Source: Myxococcota bacterium
GTDB taxonomy: Bacteria; Myxococcota_A; UBA9160; UBA4427
NCBI GenBank assembly: GCA_050618075.1
Contig: JBNLVL010000026.1
Span: 58,558 to 122,557 of the forward strand
Direction of reading: 5' to 3'
Length of the DNA stretch: 64,000 bases
Made by a program: the position numbers and the translations under genes. The notes under the pieces are model-generated. The model was given only the letters and a program-made list of their open reading frames with translations. It did no database searches and was not told the origin of the DNA. Position 1 is the first letter of the stretch; every line of letters begins with the position of its first letter. This document shows, piece after piece, positions 17,201-24,996 of this stretch.

Positions 17201-19355
17201 CGCCTTCGAGTACGTGTGGGACTTCGGAGACGGCACGCCGCCCACCGATCCGTCGCCCCTGGCCTCGGCGACCCACACCTACGCCGGTCCCGGACGCTGG
17301 GTGGTGACGGTGACCGTGACCGACCCGTCCTCCGGCGCCAGCGACGTGCTGCAGTTCGAGCAGGTCATCCATCCGGTGGCGGCGGGCACGCCGCCCGCGC
17401 AGTCGAGCTCGATCGTCTACGAGGCCGCGGCGGACCGCGTCTGGACCGTGAACCCCGACAACGACAGCGTGAGCGTCTTCGACGCGACCACCGACCTGAA
17501 GGTCGCCGAGGTTCCGCTGGGTGACGAGCCGTCCAGCCTGGCCATCGCCAGCGACGGCTTCGTCTGGGTGGTCGAGAAGGGGGCGGCCCGCATCAGCCTC
17601 ATCGATCCGGTGGGGCCGACCCTCGCGCGCCACATCGAGCTGCCGCGGGCCTCGAGGCCCGACTCCCTGGTGTTCTCCCACGACGGCCTGCTGGCCTACG
17701 TGTCGCTCGAGGCCACGGGCGAGCTGCTGGAGATCGACGCCCTGGGCGAGGTCGTCCTGGCCTCGGTCGACGTGGGCCCGAACCCCAGGGCCCTGGCCCT
17801 CACGCCCGACGGAGCCACCCTGCTGGTCTCGCGATTCGTGACGCTCCCGCTTCCGGGCGAGTCGACCGACAGCCCTGCGACCGAGGACCTGGGCCAGCCG
17901 GTGGGCGGCGAGGTGATTCCGGTGGACACCGCGACCCTGGTGGCCGATCCGTCGATCGTCCTGGAGCACAGCTACGCCGCGATCACGCAGTCCTCGGGCC
18001 CCGGCGTGCCGAACTACGTGGGTGTGGCCGCCATCGCGCCCGACGGCGCCAGCGCCTGGGTGCCCTCGAAGCAGGACAACATCCTGGGCGGGGCCGCGCG
18101 CAGCGGAATCGATCTCGGCCACGATTCCACGGTCCGGGCCGTGTCGTCCCACGTCGACCTCACCACGCTCACGGAGAGCCTGGTCGACCGGGTCGATCAC
18201 GACGACGCCAGCGTGGCCAACTCGGCGCGCTTCGACGCCACGGGCGCCTACGTCTTCACCACCCTCGAGAGCACCCGCGCGGTGGCCGTCATCGACCCGT
18301 TCGGGAAGGCCGAGCTCGGCCGCTTCGCCGCCGGACGCGCGCCGCGGGGCACCGCGCTCTCGCCCGACGGGCGCACGCTCTACGTCCACAACTTCATGGA
18401 CCGCACGGTCACGGTCCACGACCTGTCCCAGCTGCTCGACTACTCCACGGTGGTCGTGCCCACCGTGGCGACCTGGTCGCTGGTCGCCAGCGAGTCCCTG
18501 GCCGCCGACGTGTTCGCCGGCAAGCAGTTCTTCTACGACGCCTTCGATCCGCGCCTGGCGCTCCAGGGCTACATGTCCTGCGCCTCCTGCCACAACGGCG
18601 GGGGCCACGACGGACGCACCTGGGACTTCACGCAGTTCGGCGAGGGGCTGCGCAACACGATCGACCTGACCGGCCACGGCCAGGGCCACGGTCCGCTGCA
18701 CTGGACGGCCAACTTCGACGAGGTGCAGGACTTCGAGGGGCAGATCCGCATGTTCGCCGGCGGGACCGGACTCATGGCGGACGTGGACTTCTACACCGGC
18801 ACGCGCTCCGATCCGCTGGGCGACCCGAAGGCGGGCATCAGCGCGGACCTGGATGCGCTCGCGGCCTACGTCCAGTCGCTGACCTCGGCCTACGACAGCC
18901 CGTATCGCATGTCCGACGGGTCGCTCACCGCCGAGGCCCAGGAGGGCCGGACGCTCTTCCTCTTCGAAGGCTGCGCCGACTGCCACAGCGGGACGGCCTT
19001 CAGCGACAGCGGGACGCTCGCGATCCACGACGTCGGCACCTTGACGCCGGCCAGCGGCCCCGTGGTCGGGCTCGACACGCCGACCCTGCGCGGACTGTGG
19101 TACGGCGCTCCCTATCTCCACGACGGGTCCGCGGCGACCCTCGAGGAGGCCGTGGCCGCCCACTCCGGCGTGGCCCTCGACGCCTATCAGCTGGGCCTGC
19201 TGGCCGCCTATCTCGAGCAGATCGACGACGACGAGACCCAGGCGCCCAGCGTGGGAGCACCGTCCAAGTGCGGTCTCGGCTCGGAGCTGGCGATCGCGCT
19301 GCCCGGACTGCTGTGGCTCCGCCGCCGCCGCCAACGCGCAAGGGCCCGCGGCTAG
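14274..19355 (+). CDS. 1693-aa secreted multidomain protein: galactose/glyoxal-oxidase-like Kelch + DUF1929-like, cadherin-like repeats, lectin-like repeats, PKD, YVTN beta-propeller, di-haem cytochrome c peroxidase-like domain, C-terminal sorting tag
   Basis: GTG 14274 precedes the signal peptide SRRALRSVLPAVLALLCLGAGPARAQ. RFTLIKMSATTHTQNTDLRFLEV (DUF1929-like). Two DPDGDP..GLPDGLAIDP.TG..G.PTTPG repeats. WDFGDGT (PKD). CASCH (18579-18593) and CADCH (18972-18986). Tail is KCGLGSELAIALPGLLWLRRRRQRARARG. Confidence 0.9.
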   Translation: MSRRALRSVLPAVLALLCLGAGPARAQLDPHVGGQWSGILPWPHIAVSMASLPDGRILTFSSNERDSFPVDVEFTYAAVWDPETGVHSEIPHPSHDMFCASLVTLEDGEVFVTGGRNKGLSPFTSIFDFRTDSWIPMEDMNRGRWYPTSIALPNGQVFVAVGTGGQQYPEIWTPGSGWQLLTGIDLTDPILQYGSINGGDQWPLMHLDLDGNILHYGATPIMHSLDLTGLGSITTIGPHNAPWHAKEAVAVMYDEAKLLVAGGATAMTDVTSVANAMTIDISGPAPVITQIAPMNSPRQYHNEVILPDGRVIVIGGNTNGEKFVDTSAVLAPEVWDPDTGVWTLWNPQQVPRVYHSTAILMTDGRIISAGGGLRNLGSEGDHLDAEIFSPPYLFDALDQPAVRPVITDAPGLRRIGTSFGVEATAGLSRFTLIKMSATTHTQNTDLRFLEVPFSEDAPGEYTLTLHSDENVLTPGYWMLWALDAQDVPSEAHVIQIVTTGRPRAPIPADPRNRVGDVVSLQIEAADPDGDPLNFGASGLPDGLAIDPATGLVTGVPTTPGIFNVDVLVDDGVDSVAVAFRWFVATPQVHSEIGSVTVAQADSDEWHAVSFGDIFVDPIVVMGPPTRSDSAPVTVRVRDVTPTGFEFQIDEWDYLDGAHGSETLAWMAVDAGAHVLDTGEALVAGVTEFVDHDWKTQDLPAGAFSVTPLVLAQIVTSGHPEAAVDRLQNVGSGSFEVKLQEQEKEDGLIGAEKIHWIAIEPGVDSGGVVADLTGPAVDHDPYTLDWTPDFSGAPQLLATAQTYLSYNPMAMRMMSTSAASTDIFCEEETSKDTELAHSQEDIGYLAADPTVSGLSLSPLFNDPPTIDDPGDQTSEQGTAIAPLMLVVNDLDGDPVTFGAAGLPDGLAIDPLTGVISGTPTTPGVSTVTVTVTDQPGASADAVFDWTINEELSLAQTAAPPQAAGDSVSLSVVPSWPGAFEYVWDFGDGTPPTDPSPLASATHTYAGPGRWVVTVTVTDPSSGASDVLQFEQVIHPVAAGTPPAQSSSIVYEAAADRVWTVNPDNDSVSVFDATTDLKVAEVPLGDEPSSLAIASDGFVWVVEKGAARISLIDPVGPTLARHIELPRASRPDSLVFSHDGLLAYVSLEATGELLEIDALGEVVLASVDVGPNPRALALTPDGATLLVSRFVTLPLPGESTDSPATEDLGQPVGGEVIPVDTATLVADPSIVLEHSYAAITQSSGPGVPNYVGVAAIAPDGASAWVPSKQDNILGGAARSGIDLGHDSTVRAVSSHVDLTTLTESLVDRVDHDDASVANSARFDATGAYVFTTLESTRAVAVIDPFGKAELGRFAAGRAPRGTALSPDGRTLYVHNFMDRTVTVHDLSQLLDYSTVVVPTVATWSLVASESLAADVFAGKQFFYDAFDPRLALQGYMSCASCHNGGGHDGRTWDFTQFGEGLRNTIDLTGHGQGHGPLHWTANFDEVQDFEGQIRMFAGGTGLMADVDFYTGTRSDPLGDPKAGISADLDALAAYVQSLTSAYDSPYRMSDGSLTAEAQEGRTLFLFEGCADCHSGTAFSDSGTLAIHDVGTLTPASGPVVGLDTPTLRGLWYGAPYLHDGSAATLEEAVAAHSGVALDAYQLGLLAAYLEQIDDDETQAPSVGAPSKCGLGSELAIALPGLLWLRRRRQRARARG

Positions 19356-20815
19356 CCCGCCCGCGATTCCTCGTCGAGGGAGACGGCCCGCTGCCAGCGG
19401 GCCAGGCGCTCCCGCGCCTGGTCGGGATGGATCCGGGGCTCGAAGGTGCGGTCGGTCTTCGCGAAGCGGTCGAGGTCGTCGCGGCCCAGCAACCCACAGC
19501 CCAGCGCGGCGCCGAGGCACGCGCCCAGGCCCGTCGCCTCCGGGTCGGCGTGCCGCTCGATGGGGCGACCCAGCAGGTCGGCGTGGATCTGCAGGAACAG
19601 GTCGTTGGCCGTGAGCCCGCCATCCACCCGCAGAGCCGTGGGGACCTCGAGGTCCGGGCTCGCCTCCACGGCGTCGGCGATCTCGCGCACGCGAAAGGCG
19701 ATGCTCTCGAGGGCCGCCCGGGCGATCTGTCCCTTGCCCGACGCCCGCGACAGACCGACGACGGCCGCGCGCGCCTCCGGGTCGTGGTGGGGGGCGCCCA
19801 GCCCCTGGAGCGCCGGTCGGATCGCCACGCCCCCGGAGTCCTCGACCCGCGCGGCCAGGTCGGTCAGCTCCTCCACCGACGACAGCAGGCCCAGGTCCCC
19901 GATCAGCCAGTCGAGCAGCGCGCCGGCCGAGTTCACCATGCCTTCGGCGGCGAACAGCAGCTGCTCGCCCCGGGCGAGCTGGAGCAGGGGAAGCAGCCCG
20001 GGGATCAGTCGCGGCGCCGGGCCGGTGCACACCATCAGCGCGGCCGAGGTGCCGTAGGTCGCCTTCCAGCCGCCCGGCGACCACAGGCCGTGGGCCAGCA
20101 TGCCGCTCTGCTGGTCGGCCACGATGGCGCCGATCGGCACCTCGGTCCCCAGCGCCGAGGCCGCGGTGCGACCCAGCCGGCCGATCGTGTCGCACAGCGC
20201 CGGAAACATCCGGGGCTCGAGGCCCTGATGCTCGATGAGCTTCGCGTTCCAGCGGTGGACGTCCCGCATGTCCAGGTAGCAGGTGGGCCAGGCGTTCGAG
20301 AGATCGGTGACGTGGAGCGCGCCGCCGGTGAGCCGGTGCACCAGGTAGCTGTCGATGGTTCCCCAGCAGAGACGGCCGGCGGCGGCGCGCGCGCGGCCGT
20401 CCGGCACGGCGTCGAGGGCGGCTTCGAGCTTCGAGACCGCGGCCAGCGGGGGGGCGAGGAAGCCGGCGTCGCCCAGCTCGCGGGCGCGCTCGATGCCGCG
20501 CAGGTCGCTCCACAGGACCATCGGGGCCGCGGGCTCGCCGCTCTCACGGTCCCACAGCACCACGCTCGCCCGCTGGGTCGCGAGGCCCAGGGCGCCCACG
20601 TCCGACAGGCGGCGGCCGGCCTCGGCCAGGGCTCCGTCGATCGACGCCCGGGAGGATTCCCAGACCTCGTTCGGGTCCTGCTCGGTGCGCCCGGGCGCCG
20701 GGTGCCGCGATCGGAGCCGGCGCCCCGCGCTGCCCAGCAGCCGGCCCTCGAGGTCGACGACCCGCGCGCGCACGCTGGTCGACCCGACGTCGAGCCCCAG
20801 CAGCAGCTCAGGCAT
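19352..20815 (-). CDS. FGGY-family carbohydrate kinase, glycerol-kinase-like
   Basis: 487-aa ORF. N-terminus LLGLDVGSTSVRARVVD and C-terminus LRVDGGLTANDLFLQIHADLLGRPI are typical of FGGY kinases. It sits in an operon with glpD. Confidence 0.85.
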   Translation of the reverse strand: MPELLLGLDVGSTSVRARVVDLEGRLLGSAGRRLRSRHPAPGRTEQDPNEVWESSRASIDGALAEAGRRLSDVGALGLATQRASVVLWDRESGEPAAPMVLWSDLRGIERARELGDAGFLAPPLAAVSKLEAALDAVPDGRARAAAGRLCWGTIDSYLVHRLTGGALHVTDLSNAWPTCYLDMRDVHRWNAKLIEHQGLEPRMFPALCDTIGRLGRTAASALGTEVPIGAIVADQQSGMLAHGLWSPGGWKATYGTSAALMVCTGPAPRLIPGLLPLLQLARGEQLLFAAEGMVNSAGALLDWLIGDLGLLSSVEELTDLAARVEDSGGVAIRPALQGLGAPHHDPEARAAVVGLSRASGKGQIARAALESIAFRVREIADAVEASPDLEVPTALRVDGGLTANDLFLQIHADLLGRPIERHADPEATGLGACLGAALGCGLLGRDDLDRFAKTDRTFEPRIHPDQARERLARWQRAVSLDEESRAG

Positions 20816-22214
20816 CGGGGATGAGGTTGCCCGGATTCATGATGCCGTCGGGATCGAGGGCGTCCTTCAGGGTACGCAGGATGCCCACGCCCGACTCCCC
20901 GAGGTCGTGGGCGAGGTAGGGCTTGCGCAGGCGACCGGCGCCGTGGTGGTGGGCGATGCCTCCGCCGTGGCGGGCGGTGGCCTCCATGACCCGCTTCCAG
21001 CACTCGAAGTAGGTCGCCTCCATGTCGTGGGGGTCGTCGTGCTTCGCCACGAACGTGAAGTACAGGTTCAGGCCGGTCCGATAGACGTGGGAGCTGTGGG
21101 CCGAGGCGACCACCACCGGCTCGAGCTCGCGCAGGCGGGCGGTGGCGTCGTCGTAGATGGCCTCGATGCGGGTCCAGGGCGCCGAGATCTCGATGGTGTC
21201 GGCGACGAGCCCTCCCTCCAGGAGCTGCTGCCACGACGGCACGTGGTTGCGCTTCTCCATCCAGAGCTCGCCGATCTCCGACGGCGCGGCGGTGAGCCCC
21301 GCGCGCTCCGCGCACTGCGCGACCGCCTCGAGCTCCGCCTCCACGCGCGCGGCCGGGCCCTCGTGCACCATCAGCAGCAGCCCGGCGTCGCCGGACGCGT
21401 AGTCCCGGAAGTTGCGCTTGACCTCCGCGGCGTCGTACTGGCGCATCACCGGCGGGAGCCACTCCGACTGCACGATGTCCCGCTGGGCGGCGAACCCGGC
21501 GGCCAGCGACGGCGTGTAGAAGGCGGTGTAGGCGCGCCTCTCGGGCTGGCGGTGCAGCGCCAGGGTGACGCCGGTGATGATGCCCAGGGTGCCCTCGGCG
21601 CCCATCAGCAGGTGTCGGAGGTCGGGGCCCGCGGCCGCCCGGGGCGCCTTGCCGAGCACGGCGAGCTCGCCGTCGGGCAGCACGGCCTCGATCGAGTAGA
21701 CCATGTCCTCGATGTTCCCGTAGGCGGTCGAGAACTGGCCGGCCGCGCGGGTCGAGACCCAGCCGCCCACGCTGCTGATCGCCACGGACTGCGGCCAGTG
21801 TCCGATGGTGAGCCCCTGGGCGGCCACCGCCTCCTCGGCCTCGAGGCCGTTGGCGCCGGCGTCGAAGGACCCGAGCAGGTTCACGGGGTCGATCTCGCGC
21901 ACCCGGTTCATCCGGCTCATGTCCACCAGGACCACCGACGGGTCCGGGCTGATGCCCCCGCAGACGCCACTCCCCAGGCCGTACGGAACGAGCGCCGTCC
22001 GCTCCTGGCGCGCGATGCGCACGATGGTCTGGACCTCGTCGGTCGACTCCGGCTGGACCACCACGCCCGGCGCGGGAAGCGTGTCTCCGCGGAAGTGGCG
22101 CAGGTGCTTCAAGACCCAGTAGTCGAAGCGCCGGTCGTCCACCAGCGCGCCTTCGGTGTGGACCCGGTCGTCGCCGAGGGCCTCGCGGAGTCTCTTGGGG
22201 GTCGCTGCGTTCAT
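20808..22214 (-). CDS. FAD-linked oxidase, alkyl-DHAP synthase (AGPS)-like flavoprotein
   Basis: Trimmed to ATG 22214 (MNAATPKRL...). FAD-binding PCMH-type motifs (VVQPESTDEVQTIVRIA, PYGLGSGVCGG) and C-terminal HHHGAG...DPDGIMNPG. Confidence 0.85.
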   Translation of the reverse strand: MNAATPKRLREALGDDRVHTEGALVDDRRFDYWVLKHLRHFRGDTLPAPGVVVQPESTDEVQTIVRIARQERTALVPYGLGSGVCGGISPDPSVVLVDMSRMNRVREIDPVNLLGSFDAGANGLEAEEAVAAQGLTIGHWPQSVAISSVGGWVSTRAAGQFSTAYGNIEDMVYSIEAVLPDGELAVLGKAPRAAAGPDLRHLLMGAEGTLGIITGVTLALHRQPERRAYTAFYTPSLAAGFAAQRDIVQSEWLPPVMRQYDAAEVKRNFRDYASGDAGLLLMVHEGPAARVEAELEAVAQCAERAGLTAAPSEIGELWMEKRNHVPSWQQLLEGGLVADTIEISAPWTRIEAIYDDATARLRELEPVVVASAHSSHVYRTGLNLYFTFVAKHDDPHDMEATYFECWKRVMEATARHGGGIAHHHGAGRLRKPYLAHDLGESGVGILRTLKDALDPDGIMNPGNLIPDA

Positions 22215-22265
22215 GGGTCCGCTCCTGGGTCGACCCCCGGGTCCGGTGCCCGGCGGGTCGAGCAA

Positions 22266-23864
22266 TCAGTGGAAGAGCGCGTTGCTCTTCTCGTGGAGGC
22301 TCCGGCACGCCTCCACCTGGTCCTGCCGGGTGGCCTCGTCCCAGCCGAGCTCCTGCGCCATCTCGATGGAGGCCGGCTCGAGGGTCGAGAGGCCGCCGTC
22401 GCGCTCGAACCAGGCGCGCGCGCCGCGCCGCACCCAATAGTCCTCGAGCCGCAGGGCCCCCTCCCGGCGCACCGCCTGGCGGACCTCCGCCGCGAGGTCC
22501 GCTCCGTCCGAGGCCACCTGCAAGGCCTCCGAACCATAGAGCGAAACCAGGCGCCGGGCGGCGGGCTCTCCGAATTTCGCCGCCAGCCGGAGGGCCAGGG
22601 CCTCGGGATCGACGTCGCCCCCGACCAGCGGCTGCTGGTCCGAGACCTCGGGACCGCGGGAGCCGCCCAGGCGTTCCACCACCCTATCCACCACGCGCAC
22701 CGCCATCGTCCGGTAGGCGGTGAGCTTGCCGCCGGCGATGGACAGCACGCCGGCGGGCCCCGTCCAGACCTCGTCGCGACGGGAGATCTCCGAGGGCGTC
22801 TTGCCCTGCTGGTCGATCAGCGGGCGGACGCCGGTCCAGGAGGCCACGACGTCGGGGCGCTTCAGCGGGTCGATCCGGAAGGAGCGGTCGACCGCCTCGA
22901 AGAGATAGTCGACGTCCTCGGGGCCGATCTCCGGCCAGTAGTCGGTGCGGGGGAAGAAGGTGTCGGTCGTGCCGATGTACGTGACCTCGCCGCGGGGCAC
23001 CGCGAACACCGGACGCCGGTCCGCGGCGTTCATCAGCACGGTGCGCGAGATGGGGAGCCTCTCGTGGGGCACCACGAGATGGATGCCCTTCGTGAGCGAG
23101 AGGCGCGGGGGCTCTCCGTCCGCTTCGAGGGCGCGCAGGGCGTCGACCCAGGGGCCCGCCGCGTTGACCACGACCCGGCCGCGGATCTCCGCCCCGAGGT
23201 TCTCGCCGGGGAGCGCGCCCTGGCAGCGGACCCCCGTGGCGCGGCCGTCCTCGACCCGGATCCCGACCACCGGCGCGTAGGTGACGACGTCGGCGCCCGC
23301 AGCGCGGGCGGAGCGGACGTTGGCGAGGGTGAGCCGCGCGTCGTCGGTCAGGAACTCGTAGTAGAGGACGGCTCCGGTCACGCCGTCGGGCGCGGCCACC
23401 GGCTCCCGCGAGGCGGTCTCCCGGGCCGTCCACACCTCGTGGCGCTCGTCCTCGGGCACCTGCCCCAGCTTCTCGAACGCCCACATGGCCGCGCGGAACT
23501 TCGTCAGGCCGGCCAGCGATCGCACGGGGAGCAGGAAGGGCGACCTGCGCGCCAGGTGGGGAGCGATCCGTCGCAGGATCTGGCGCTCCGACGCGGCCTC
23601 GCGCACCAGTCCGACGTCGCCCTGGGCGAGGTAGCGGAGACCGCCGTGGATCATCTTCGAGCTGCGGCTGCTGGTGCCCGCCGCCACGTCCCGGGCTTCC
23701 ACCAGGGCGACCGCGAGCCCGCGCTGGGCCGCCGAGCGCGCGATGCCCGCCCCGGTGATGCCCGCCCCGATCACGATCAGGTCGTATTGGCGCTGCTCGA
23801 GGGAGGAGAAGAGGGCGGGGCGGTCTCGGTAGTGCAGGGCTCCCGCCCCGTCTCGGCTGGTCAT
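22266..23864 (-). CDS. glpD: FAD-dependent glycerol-3-phosphate dehydrogenase
   Basis: 532-aa ORF. YDLIVIGAGITGAGIA dinucleotide fold, SSRSSKMIHGGLRYL motif, C-terminal GlpD-type helical domain. Confidence 0.9.
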   Translation of the reverse strand: MTSRDGAGALHYRDRPALFSSLEQRQYDLIVIGAGITGAGIARSAAQRGLAVALVEARDVAAGTSSRSSKMIHGGLRYLAQGDVGLVREAASERQILRRIAPHLARRSPFLLPVRSLAGLTKFRAAMWAFEKLGQVPEDERHEVWTARETASREPVAAPDGVTGAVLYYEFLTDDARLTLANVRSARAAGADVVTYAPVVGIRVEDGRATGVRCQGALPGENLGAEIRGRVVVNAAGPWVDALRALEADGEPPRLSLTKGIHLVVPHERLPISRTVLMNAADRRPVFAVPRGEVTYIGTTDTFFPRTDYWPEIGPEDVDYLFEAVDRSFRIDPLKRPDVVASWTGVRPLIDQQGKTPSEISRRDEVWTGPAGVLSIAGGKLTAYRTMAVRVVDRVVERLGGSRGPEVSDQQPLVGGDVDPEALALRLAAKFGEPAARRLVSLYGSEALQVASDGADLAAEVRQAVRREGALRLEDYWVRRGARAWFERDGGLSTLEPASIEMAQELGWDEATRQDQVEACRSLHEKSNALFH

Positions 23865-23982
23865 ATCAATACAATACCCTCATGAATCAACATCTAGTCA
23901 TGCAATGCAGTTATGATTACATGAGACGGTCGCCCGATCCGGGCCCAGGGGCTCGCCCATCGCCACCGGGAGGACGCTGCCC
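23865..23982. promoter_or_regulatory. AT-rich divergent promoter/operator region between glpD operon and LysR gene
   Basis: A striking AT-rich island (atcaatacaataccctcatgaatcaacatctagtcatgcaatgcagttatgattacatga) in a GC-rich genome. It carries dyads ATGA-N12-TCAT (23882-23901), TGCAATGCA (23901-23909), and TCATGAATC...GATTACATGA (23880-23922). Confidence 0.55.
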
Positions 23983-24996
23983 GTGCAGCTCAAGCAGCTC
24001 CAGCACTTCGAGACGCTCTACCGCCTGCAGAGCTTCGTCCGGGCGGCCGAGGAGCACCGGATCACCCAGCCCGCCCTCAGTCGCAGCATCAAGAACCTCG
24101 AGGGCGAGCTCGGACAGCGGCTCTTCGATCGCACCACCCACGCCGTCGAGCCCACGGACGCGGCCCGCGGCCTCATCCAGTCGGCGCGCGACGTCCTGAG
24201 CGCGCTCGCCAGCTTCGAGGAGGAGGCCGGTCGCCTGCGAGGCGGCGCCACCGGCCACGTGCGGATCGGGACCGGTCCGTACCCCGCGCAGCCCCTGCTG
24301 ACCCGCGCCATTCGCCGGCTCTCGGCCAGCCACCACGGCATCCAGGTGAGCGTGGTGGCCGGCACGTCACGCGACCTGCTCGCCGCGCTGCTGGGCCGCG
24401 AGCTCGAGTTCGTCGTGTGCGACATGAGCAAGTACGAGGACTCGCCCGCGGCCGAGGACATCGAGGTCATCCCCCTGCCGTCGGAGGCGCTGGTCGCCGT
24501 GATGGCCGACGACCACCCCCTGGCGACGGGCTGGGCGGCGCTCGACGAAGTGGCGAGCTTTCCCTGGGCCATGCCCACCCCGGCGCCGATCGGCACCCGG
24601 GAGCTCCCGGCTCCCTTCGACGAAGCGTTCGAGGCCGGTCGCTTCCCGTTCTATCGCCTGGAGAACACCGCGGCCTGCCTCGAGCTGGCGCGCGCCGGCC
24701 GCGCGGTCACCCTGGTGCCCCACTCCCTGGCCGAAGAGGCCTGCGCCCGGGGCGGGCTGGTCCAGCGTCCGGCGCTGCCGTCGCTCCGCACCAACGACGG
24801 CATCCATCTGGTGCGCAACCGCACGCGTTCGCCCTCGGTGCGGGTCCTCATCGACGAGATCCGGGACGTCGCCGAGTCCATCGCGCGCTCGCCGGGAGCG
24901 GCGCCGGCCGGCCCCGAGTCCCGTCAGCCCGCCTCGGGCTCCGCGACCTCGCCGTCCTCGACCGCCGCCTCGAGCCAGGCGACGAAGAGCTCGTAG
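23983..24996 (+). CDS. LysR-family transcriptional regulator
   Basis: GTG start. N-terminal HTH LKQLQHFETLYRLQSFVRAAEEHRITQPALSRSIKNLE. The low-complexity C-terminal tail overlaps the convergent gene by 73 nt. Confidence 0.85.
   Translation: MQLKQLQHFETLYRLQSFVRAAEEHRITQPALSRSIKNLEGELGQRLFDRTTHAVEPTDAARGLIQSARDVLSALASFEEEAGRLRGGATGHVRIGTGPYPAQPLLTRAIRRLSASHHGIQVSVVAGTSRDLLAALLGRELEFVVCDMSKYEDSPAAEDIEVIPLPSEALVAVMADDHPLATGWAALDEVASFPWAMPTPAPIGTRELPAPFDEAFEAGRFPFYRLENTAACLELARAGRAVTLVPHSLAEEACARGGLVQRPALPSLRTNDGIHLVRNRTRSPSVRVLIDEIRDVAESIARSPGAAPAGPESRQPASGSATSPSSTAASSQATKSS

Noticed and set aside
14118-20513. Very long ORFs on the strand opposite or out of frame to real genes (e.g. 14118..20513 at 2131 aa, 3126..6305, 9702..14051, 7309..10017, 26039..29530, 26041..30342, 33974..36631, 39862..43521, 56124..60968).
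   Set aside because: Their translations are Arg/Pro/Gly/Ala-dominated low-complexity strings with no motifs. Each lies antisense to, or frame-shifted from, an ORF with clear family motifs. This is the expected stop-codon depletion of a very GC-rich genome.
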